IMG/VR virus record: IMGVR_UViG_3300033074_001400
Location: 1-64,000 of that record
Source: an uncultured virus (IMG/VR IMGVR_UViG_3300033074_001400)
Taxonomy: Duplodnaviria; Heunggongvirae; Uroviricota; Caudoviricetes
Direction: 5' to 3' (one strand)
Length of the DNA: 64,000 nt
Shown in pieces: positions 56,007-64,000 of the stretch (positions are counted from its first letter, which is position 1; the number at the start of each line of letters is the position of its first letter). The position numbers were made by a program, and so were the translations under genes. The notes under the pieces are model-generated. The model worked only from the letters and a program-made list of their open reading frames with translations. It did no database searches and was not told the DNA's origin.

Positions 56007-59000
56007 TTAGTTTCTACGAGATTCTGTAGATACATGTATATCCAAATCTTTAGCAACATCAGGATCAATAAGTGGTACAAACACCTTAGAAAACTGATTG
56101 GCTATAGGGAACATATTTAAAAAATTCTTGGTGGGATGTGCTGTTTCTTCCCATTTTTCAACACCAAATGTACGTCCACCAACCTCTTTTATAAGACTTC
56201 CTGAAAATTTAATACCATCTGTTAATATACCTATGGATGGCATCCAAGAACCTGTAGAAATTTGCTGTAAGGAAAGAGGGTTATAATAGAATGAAATTTC
56301 ATCCGTTAATTTATCCATCATTCTTACAGAAACTCTGTAAAAATTCTTGTTTTCATCACTGTCGTCATCGTCTGGTGGTACTGATTTTGCATAAATAAAC
56401 ATAGTCATAAATGTAGCTAAAAGAGCAGCATCTTTGGCTGTTTGTTCTATTGCTCTACGAGTCATATCGTAGAACTCTTCAGGAGTCATTTCCAGATCGT
56501 TTCCTGTCTTATTTTTATAACTTTCAGCAGTACGCTCATAGTATTTTGCGAGGGCTTTAAGACCTTCCTCATTACCTGCCACCATGTTTCTGAGATCACG
56601 AATACCATGAGATAAACCTTTTATCCATCCACCATCTCCATTTTTAATCACTTGATACACCATTCTCACCCTACCCATTTCATATTGGTTAGCATCAATG
56701 TTTTTCTGCAAATCTCCAAATCTTACAGCAGCAAGTCTGGGAATCCAGTTTTTGAACATCATTATTGATTTGAGGAGAATGTTTCTATCTGCATCTCGTT
56801 TGTCTTCTTCTGTTAAGTTACCTGTAAGATTTTTAATTTCATCTAACATCCTGAGCCTCAATCTATTAACAGTATCAGAATCTCTTGACACTCCTTCTAT
56901 TTCAAGAAGACCGTCCTTATTAAACTTAGCAAACTTCATAACTCCTTTAGAATCAACGAGTTCTTTAACTTTCTTTTCAAAGTCTTTTTCTAAAGATTTT
57001 AACTGAGATGAGTCTTTATAGCGATCTCTATATTCTTTACTGTTAAGGATATATTCACGAGCATTTACTAATTCACCATCAATCAACACTGTATTTTCAA
57101 GCATTGTAAGAGATGTAGCCATTTGTACCATTATATCCGTCTTTCTGATAGGAGCCATGATGAAATCAGAAAATGAAAATCTTTGAATTTTCTCAAAAGA
57201 CATTCTTTCCGCATTCAGTTTTGCCCTATTTTCAGTAAAAGGTATAAAGTAATCAATAAGTCCTTTTTCTATATTACCTTCTTCCCCTTTAAACAGATTA
57301 CCGACAATTTTCATTTCATTTTTTAAAAATTGCTGTCCTCTCCAAAGCTTTCTTGAATTTATAAGAGCTTGTAAATTACCACCAATAAATGTGGTGATTG
57401 GAGTAAATATGTTTAAACCAAACACCTTCAATCTGAAGTATTGGTTCATTTTTTCGATGGTTTTTGTAGCCCCTGTAGACAGATTTGCTGTACTATCATA
57501 TGTTCTTTTATATAAAATAGCCTCCACAAAACTATCATAGAGTTTTACATTTGCCTCATTATCATTAGCTAATTTGTTTATATTTGTTCCTTTTTCCTTA
57601 ACAATTCTACCCTTTTCATCTAAAAGGAACGCTTTTTTAGCGGCTTCTACGTCACGTACAGCTTTTACAGATTGTTCAATATCTGATAAAGATTTAAATT
57701 CATATAAAGCTTCTATATACATAGGTAGGGTTTCTCCTAAATCTGTAGATACATCTGATAAATCATATCCTTCTATGTTTCCATCAGCATCTCTTATTTC
57801 AGGAGCAAAGTTTTTTGTAAAAAATGCAGGAATAGATTTCTCAATTGTTCCAGTGTTAGGATCAACCTTAGAATAGCTGATTTCTTCTTCAGGAGTAAGT
57901 TTATATAGATATTCCATGCTATCGCCTATTGCTGACAGTCCAGAAGTACGTATTCTGTCGAGCATAGAGGCTCTCATCCAAGGGAGAAATCTCAACGATG
58001 TTTTGTCATCATGATATCCCATATCTTTAGCTTCCTTATTGAGCTTTATGATAAAATCGTATAAGTCTAAAATAGATTTATCCTTAGACATTTGTTTATA
58101 TTCACCTGTTTCCCATTTAGCCTCATCTTTTATATAATATCTGAGGTCTTGTCTATACCATCCTAATGCATTTGGAGTATCAAAAGAATACATTTTTATA
58201 ATATCTTCTTTCTTTTCAGCTTTACGTTTAGCATCTTCTTTGGAATTAGAACTATACGTACTAGCATCAACCTGATCGAACATTTCCTGAACCACCTTTT
58301 GTTTATCCTCAATATACTTATCAAGGTCTATATTTTGTTTTATCCAGTTTATATCAGGATCGTCTTTTGTTGCTTTTTCAAATTCTGTATAGAATTCTGT
58401 TTTGATCTTTTTAATAAGTTGGTTCATAGGATCACCCTTCTTATTCTTACCTACAAGAAGTGTAAAATATTTTGTAGGAGATAATCCTCTAGCCTGAGCT
58501 GTTTTTTTGAAAGCATCTAGTAATTTTCTAAGTTCTTCCTGTCTTTTTATTGCATCTCTTTGCTTTTGAAAGTTTGCTCTAGCTGTAACACTCCTAAGAT
58601 ATTGGAGAGCAACATTTTGCATTCGAGATAAGCTTTGAATAGACCTATCTAGTAAACCTTGAATTGGTTTTTCTGTCTTTAATATATCAAGTCCTTCTTT
58701 TGACGTATAATATTGCTTAACAAAATTTATATATTCCGTATTAATTTTAGATGCAATCTTACCACTATCCAATGATAATCTTTCTAATTTATTATAGGTT
58801 TCCTGCTGATATTCTGTAAGATTTTTATCGCCATATAATTCATCGAATAACTGATAAGTAGACTGATATTTGTGGATATTGTCGTTTATAAGTTTCAGTT
58901 TTTTTGAATACTCATCTACTTGTTTAGGATCAATTTCCTTATAAGTACCATCTTCATTTTTCAGTTGAGTGTTTATATCTTCTATAACACGTTCTGCACT

Positions 59001-62000
59001 TTTTAAGAAAATAAGTCCTTGTTCTGCAAGAGGACCAAATTCTTGTTTCACCTGTAATTCACGAATTGCACCAGAAATTGCATTTAATTGCTCATTTTTA
59101 AGCTCTTTATTTACATCTTTTTGTTTGTACAAAACCTGATATAATTGGTTAAGTGCATCAATATATTGGTCTACTTTTGTATTTCCTGAAGATTGTTCAG
59201 CAATAGGTACAGGAAGAAGGTAACGTCTAGTTTCTTGTTTTATATCTATTTCTGGAAATATTATATCTGTAAGGGTGACATCACCATTTAGGGAGTCTAT
59301 TTTACCTTTATATATGATAGGAATTGCCTGAGCTACAATAACGTCCTCTTTAGGTTTTAATCCATATCTATACATCATTGCTTTATACTGAGCAAGCTGT
59401 ATTCTATAATCCGCCTGAGAATAGAAAGGAACATCGTCAAATTTCTTTGTATCAAGGAATTTGGTTTTCCAATCATATATCATTATCTTACCTTCGGGGG
59501 TGATACCCATAAGGTCAATTGTTCCAGCAACGTCTCTTTTTTCGTCGTAGATAATTTGCTCAACTTTGAAGAGGGTTCCTGTTGGAAATTGTGTATACAA
59601 TATACCCGGAATGATATTACCCTCATTATCTATTTCACCAACGAGATAGTTCTTTAATGCTAAAAATCCAGCTTGGGGAAGATTTGGAGTGATAGCATCT
59701 ACATTAATCTGATCAATAGGTTTTAAATATCCATCAGAAGTGAGGGATGCTTTTATGATTGATTCAGCATCGTTGTGAAATGCTGTACCGTGTTCTGCTT
59801 TTTGCTTATATGTGTTCTTTTCTTTAGCTGAAGCATTTTCAAATTTTGCAAGAACATCCGGACGTTTTGTTTCTTTAACAAAATCCGTTACACGCTTTGC
59901 CACCTTACCTATCTTACCATCTTTTTTACACTCATAGTAGTTTATATCGTCTTGCTCTTCAAATTCAGCTTTACCTGTCACTTTCCTTATCTCAAAATCT
60001 TTAATTTTTTGATCAAGTTTATCTGAAATTTCTTTTTGTTTCTTTCTATTTTCTTCAGATAATTGATAAAAAGGATTACCTAAAGATATAATCTCTTTAG
60101 CCAATTCTTCATTTCCACCAAGCATTTTTACAGTAGATTCATAAGGACTCATACCAAATACTGACTTATCTGTAAGTTGTTGATAGAAGGTTGTTACTAC
60201 AGCTTTATAATCACCATTATCGTATGTATCTTTAATGGCTTTTTTAAACATATTGTCATCTGACAAACTATCTAATATCCTTTTAGCTAATATTTTTGTA
60301 GGTGAATTTGTGTTATTTAAGTCATTAAAACTATCTAATGCTTCTTGAAAAGGATTAAAATCTGCAATTTTCAGGAATTTCTTAATAGCGTCAATGATCT
60401 GCTCCCACCATGATTTTGTTTGAATCATCAAATCAGGAGCTTCAGATTGACCATCTTCAGACTGTATATAATATTCAGCAAGGAGTTTACCTATAGCTTC
60501 TTTTTTAAGCTTAAGAATATCAGGTTTTCCATCTGTTTGATATTTAGAGTCTTGTGAATATAATTTCATCACTTTTGAGAATACGTTATACTTACCTATC
60601 TTATTCATCATTTGTTTGAATAATGTAGGATTGGTAAGTTCTAATATTTCTACAAGAAAGTGCATTGCTTCTTCAGTGATAGCAACATCTTCTTTACCTT
60701 CTGCAAGTTGTATGAATCCTTCTAAGAAATTGGCAACACCATTAATACCTCCATATCGTTCTGTATCGAGGGCTTGTATGTCTACGCCTATTCTTTTGAG
60801 GAATTCTTTTACCTTAGCTATCGTTTTTGCAGATGCTTTAGATTGTTTTATTCCCTGTTTTTGAAATAATATAGTGTTATTTGCAAGTTCATTTATTTCT
60901 ACTTCATTCCATGTATTACCGTATTCATCAGTGATTTGAGTAGGATTGTATCCTTTTTTTTTAAGGATATTAGTTATTGTATTTTCATAAAAACTATGAA
61001 TAACTCCTAACTTAGTTCTTCCATTTATAATATCATCTAATTCTCTTTCTTTTTCTTTTAATTCATAAGTATAGCGATTTACAAGAGTTTTTCTAATATG
61101 TTCAACGGAAGACCTTACTGGACCTGTTTCAGGATCATATTCATTATTTTCATATTCATATTCTATAACTCCTTTAATCCATTCATCATCTTTAGTACGT
61201 TCAAGATTATTTTTTAATTCTTTAATTCTATCTTGTGTAATTTCTTTTAAAGTTTCTAATGTACTATGCCCTTCTACTTTTGCAGCAGTATTTCCAGAAG
61301 GGAACAACACTTTTTCATAACCTTTCTTAGCACTATCTTGTATAATAGATTTAACAAAGAATGTTACCCAGTTATTGTCTTTGTTTAGGAGCTGTAGGAA
61401 TTGATTTTCAGAATTTAGAGAACTATTTTTCAAAAATGTTCTTGCTTCATCTTCAGTTGTAAAATCTTTAGATATCTTTCCTTTTCCTTTTTCCCAAACA
61501 GAATATCCATCTTTAGTTCCAGCTATCCAAGCATCTTTTGATAAATCTTCCCTATCTCTACCTTTTTGAAATAAATCAGATTGTACTTCTAATATTCTAC
61601 GAGTTTTAGGATTTCCTTCTAATAAATCAGATAAATATCCTGTTGTACTAATTACTTTAGATTTATCTACTTTAGCTATAGTAGTATCTATATCTGATTT
61701 CCAATCTTCAAATCCATAAGTAGCTCCCCTAGCATCAAATCTTTTCTTAAATTCATCTTTAGGTATAGTAATTACTTTATCAAATTCAGACATTCTTTCT
61801 TTAAGAATATTAGTATTTGAAACAAATAATCTTTTACCTTCTTTTTTTGCTTGTAATTTTAATCTATCAAATAGATTAAGCATAAATTCATTATACTCTT
61901 TAGGTTTTCTACCTTTGTATTCTTGTCTTGTTTCAGAACCTCTATTAGCATCTATAAAAGCATTTACTTCATCTGCATAATCATCATCTAAAGTTATAAA

Positions 62001-62927
62001 ATCATTACTTCCTTTTTGTTTTAAATAACTTTTTCCAATAGTAGGGTGTCCAAATATAATCTTATCATTTTTAGTTATAATAGAACTATTATTAGTTATA
62101 CCTTGATTAATTAACTTATTAAGATAATCACTTGCTTCTTTTTCAGTTTTAAAATCTAAAGGTTTACCAGTAGCATCCCTAAGCCATCCTCTATTTTTAT
62201 TATATATAGTATATCCTGAAGGAATTTTATTTACATTATATCCTGTATAATCTGTTATTGTGCCATCAATATTATCAGTTTTTGTATCTTCAGCCAACCT
62301 ATCATCACTTCTAAACCAACCTATACCATTATCTGTACTAAATTGTGCATGACCTTTAATAGAAGGAACAATAGCTGGTGTAGCTATTTCATTTTCTGTA
62401 TAATTAGTACCCCCCGGTACAGTTAAATTAGCATGGTGTTGTGTAGGAACTTGCTGTTCTTTACTTGGAACACCCATCATATAGGGGTCTACATATTGAG
62501 CAGCCAACTCTTCTTCTTCAGTTAATTTTCTTGTTGGTAAAATTTGTGTTTCTTTAGCAGTATTAATTTCAATTGTGTAGTTCATTTCAGATAAAATACT
62601 GACAATCAAATCATTAACATTGATTTGTTTTATATTATTCCTTTCTATATGGTCTTTTAATAAATCTAATTGGTTCTTAGGTGTGCCTAATTTTATCAAG
62701 TCATTATAAAATCCTTGTACCTGATTAGAAGGATACGAGTTTCTTGTCATTTTCTGGAGTGCTCCTACTACTGTTAACGTAGCATTAATACCTGAAAATG
62801 TTTCTTGATAATTTGCAGCATCTGGAATTTCTTCACCATTTTTGATGAATTCCCTCATTGCTTCAAATACACCTATTTTACTTACTAAATCCTTCCACTG
62901 AGGAGAGTTTATATTGGGACAGGCCAT
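56007..62927 (-). CDS. giant polyvalent virion cargo/ejection-like protein (2306 aa)
   Basis: ILEVQSD domain, P-loop GHPTIGKS insert, zincin-like EEAMH, PD-(D/E)XK AGTIDL..YDWKT, long helical C-terminus. Confidence 0.7.
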   Translation of the reverse strand: MACPNINSPQWKDLVSKIGVFEAMREFIKNGEEIPDAANYQETFSGINATLTVVGALQKMTRNSYPSNQVQGFYNDLIKLGTPKNQLDLLKDHIERNNIKQINVNDLIVSILSEMNYTIEINTAKETQILPTRKLTEEEELAAQYVDPYMMGVPSKEQQVPTQHHANLTVPGGTNYTENEIATPAIVPSIKGHAQFSTDNGIGWFRSDDRLAEDTKTDNIDGTITDYTGYNVNKIPSGYTIYNKNRGWLRDATGKPLDFKTEKEASDYLNKLINQGITNNSSIITKNDKIIFGHPTIGKSYLKQKGSNDFITLDDDYADEVNAFIDANRGSETRQEYKGRKPKEYNEFMLNLFDRLKLQAKKEGKRLFVSNTNILKERMSEFDKVITIPKDEFKKRFDARGATYGFEDWKSDIDTTIAKVDKSKVISTTGYLSDLLEGNPKTRRILEVQSDLFQKGRDREDLSKDAWIAGTKDGYSVWEKGKGKISKDFTTEDEARTFLKNSSLNSENQFLQLLNKDNNWVTFFVKSIIQDSAKKGYEKVLFPSGNTAAKVEGHSTLETLKEITQDRIKELKNNLERTKDDEWIKGVIEYEYENNEYDPETGPVRSSVEHIRKTLVNRYTYELKEKERELDDIINGRTKLGVIHSFYENTITNILKKKGYNPTQITDEYGNTWNEVEINELANNTILFQKQGIKQSKASAKTIAKVKEFLKRIGVDIQALDTERYGGINGVANFLEGFIQLAEGKEDVAITEEAMHFLVEILELTNPTLFKQMMNKIGKYNVFSKVMKLYSQDSKYQTDGKPDILKLKKEAIGKLLAEYYIQSEDGQSEAPDLMIQTKSWWEQIIDAIKKFLKIADFNPFQEALDSFNDLNNTNSPTKILAKRILDSLSDDNMFKKAIKDTYDNGDYKAVVTTFYQQLTDKSVFGMSPYESTVKMLGGNEELAKEIISLGNPFYQLSEENRKKQKEISDKLDQKIKDFEIRKVTGKAEFEEQDDINYYECKKDGKIGKVAKRVTDFVKETKRPDVLAKFENASAKEKNTYKQKAEHGTAFHNDAESIIKASLTSDGYLKPIDQINVDAITPNLPQAGFLALKNYLVGEIDNEGNIIPGILYTQFPTGTLFKVEQIIYDEKRDVAGTIDLMGITPEGKIMIYDWKTKFLDTKKFDDVPFYSQADYRIQLAQYKAMMYRYGLKPKEDVIVAQAIPIIYKGKIDSLNGDVTLTDIIFPEIDIKQETRRYLLPVPIAEQSSGNTKVDQYIDALNQLYQVLYKQKDVNKELKNEQLNAISGAIRELQVKQEFGPLAEQGLIFLKSAERVIEDINTQLKNEDGTYKEIDPKQVDEYSKKLKLINDNIHKYQSTYQLFDELYGDKNLTEYQQETYNKLERLSLDSGKIASKINTEYINFVKQYYTSKEGLDILKTEKPIQGLLDRSIQSLSRMQNVALQYLRSVTARANFQKQRDAIKRQEELRKLLDAFKKTAQARGLSPTKYFTLLVGKNKKGDPMNQLIKKIKTEFYTEFEKATKDDPDINWIKQNIDLDKYIEDKQKVVQEMFDQVDASTYSSNSKEDAKRKAEKKEDIIKMYSFDTPNALGWYRQDLRYYIKDEAKWETGEYKQMSKDKSILDLYDFIIKLNKEAKDMGYHDDKTSLRFLPWMRASMLDRIRTSGLSAIGDSMEYLYKLTPEEEISYSKVDPNTGTIEKSIPAFFTKNFAPEIRDADGNIEGYDLSDVSTDLGETLPMYIEALYEFKSLSDIEQSVKAVRDVEAAKKAFLLDEKGRIVKEKGTNINKLANDNEANVKLYDSFVEAILYKRTYDSTANLSTGATKTIEKMNQYFRLKVFGLNIFTPITTFIGGNLQALINSRKLWRGQQFLKNEMKIVGNLFKGEEGNIEKGLIDYFIPFTENRAKLNAERMSFEKIQRFSFSDFIMAPIRKTDIMVQMATSLTMLENTVLIDGELVNAREYILNSKEYRDRYKDSSQLKSLEKDFEKKVKELVDSKGVMKFAKFNKDGLLEIEGVSRDSDTVNRLRLRMLDEIKNLTGNLTEEDKRDADRNILLKSIMMFKNWIPRLAAVRFGDLQKNIDANQYEMGRVRMVYQVIKNGDGGWIKGLSHGIRDLRNMVAGNEEGLKALAKYYERTAESYKNKTGNDLEMTPEEFYDMTRRAIEQTAKDAALLATFMTMFIYAKSVPPDDDDSDENKNFYRVSVRMMDKLTDEISFYYNPLSLQQISTGSWMPSIGILTDGIKFSGSLIKEVGGRTFGVEKWEETAHPTKNFLNMFPIANQFSKVFVPLIDPDVAKDLDIHVSTESRRN

Positions 62928-62942
62928 AATTATTTTATTGTT

Positions 62943-64000
62943 TTATCCTAAACAGTCGTTTATTTTATCCTGAGTTGATTTATTATCAGAAGTCTTTGTC
63001 TTTTTATCCTGTAAAGATACAGATTTTCCACGTAATGCTGTATAAATAGCTGTATCATTTACAACTGTTTCATCCACTTTGAATGTATTGTTTTCAATTT
63101 GTGAAGAACGTTCAGCATCATAATACTCTTGTGCATACATACCGTCTCCCCAAGCATTAATTGCTTTATACAGATAACTTACGCTTTGTACCTCTTCATC
63201 TTTCTTATTTTTGTAATTTTCTGTAATTGTAAGAGGTTTTCCCGTTTCATCCTTGACAAGTTCATACAGATATGTTTTTGTTAAAATAGGATTGTTTTTC
63301 TCAAACGCATCCTTTTTATTTATCATATATGTAAGATCAGGTACAAAAACCATTCTACCCATTGAGTTAAGTGGTTGATACTTAGCGTATTCTCCTAAGA
63401 ACATTGTTGATTTCATTATTGCTCCTTTTGGGAACTTAGAAAGCTGTTTAGGAAGAATAAAAGGAATAGCCCACACTCTACCCATATCTGATATACCCTT
63501 TCTTTTTTCGCTGATCATCAATGGTTTAGCTACATCTGAATTGCTCCAGTTGTTTCTAGCAAATGATTTAGATGTGAGGAATTTATCCAGATCAGTGTAT
63601 GTAGACAGATTATTCACAAGACTAGATAATGCTTTTGCATAGTCTTCAGAAGGTATTAAATGTGAGTATGAGATAGGAGAATACTGCACACCAGATTGTA
63701 AAAGAGCTGCTCTCACCAGTTTTTTATATAATTCCTGAGTGTATGCATTTTCTTTTAAAATTCTAAAATTGTCAATATCAGTATCTCTGTCATATTTATC
63801 ATTTCCACTTTTCTTAAAGATAATTGCTTTCACACTATTAGCATCATTACCTCTTCTTTCAATGGAGAATTGCTTCAGAATTGAATGTAAAACAGAATCT
63901 TTTTTAGTGGCAATTTGTAAATCTTCAAGCAGGGAAGCTGCTCCATTTTGCTCATCCAAAAGAACTTGCTCAATCTGAGTTCTATTATATCCACCTTTTA
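62943..64000 (-). CDS. C-terminal part of another large virion protein (possibly the crAss-type virion RNA polymerase); continues beyond the window
   Basis: frame open to the window edge; QSG..YSPISY..LIP segment; adjacent to the giant cargo gene; no catalytic motif visible. Confidence 0.45.
   Translation of the reverse strand, partial: KGGYNRTQIEQVLLDEQNGAASLLEDLQIATKKDSVLHSILKQFSIERRGNDANSVKAIIFKKSGNDKYDRDTDIDNFRILKENAYTQELYKKLVRAALLQSGVQYSPISYSHLIPSEDYAKALSSLVNNLSTYTDLDKFLTSKSFARNNWSNSDVAKPLMISEKRKGISDMGRVWAIPFILPKQLSKFPKGAIMKSTMFLGEYAKYQPLNSMGRMVFVPDLTYMINKKDAFEKNNPILTKTYLYELVKDETGKPLTITENYKNKKDEEVQSVSYLYKAINAWGDGMYAQEYYDAERSSQIENNTFKVDETVVNDTAIYTALRGKSVSLQDKKTKTSDNKSTQDKINDCLG

Noticed and set aside
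40926..63978. Plus-strand ORFs within the late region (e.g. 54961, 56698, 57574)
   Set aside because: Antisense shadows of the long minus-strand genes.
1..64000. Genome-wide stop-codon reassignment (TGA=Trp or TAG=Gln)
   Set aside because: Long ORFs are intact under code 11. TGA ends many genes in ATGA overlaps, and TAG ends genes at 9451, 42453 and 51058. Only one suspicious in-frame TGA was seen.
1..64000. tRNA, rRNA, integrase, capsid, terminase or portal genes
   Set aside because: No cloverleaf/T-loop signatures or recognisable motifs were seen; the core head genes presumably lie outside the window.

Overview
AT-rich, gene-dense segment of a large Bacteroidota-infecting dsDNA phage, most likely crAss-like (Crassvirales). 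Supporting signs are TTTG-N20-TAnnTTTG host promoters, a crAss-type PolB/primase/helicase set and giant virion cargo proteins. The + strand (1-40.8 kb) carries early accessory ORFs, the replication/recombination module, a complete ubiquitin-like conjugation operon (Ubl-E2-JAB-E1 plus an unknown gene), nucleotide-pool enzymes (one interrupted by a 268-nt group I intron) and glycosyl/methyltransferases. The - strand (40.9-64 kb) carries late genes: more glycosyl/methyltransferases, a PL9-like depolymerase, Ser/Thr- and Gly-rich fibre proteins and giant polyvalent cargo proteins. The main unexplained patterns are (1) the phage Ubl system, (2) about a dozen mostly unrelated small proteins sharing a C-terminal F-[LI]-N tag, (3) three unrelated replication proteins sharing an N-terminal MGA[KQ]G[DE][VIL]K tag, and (4) a putative virion glycosylation pathway. 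All assignments come from motif recognition by eye; no database searches were run.
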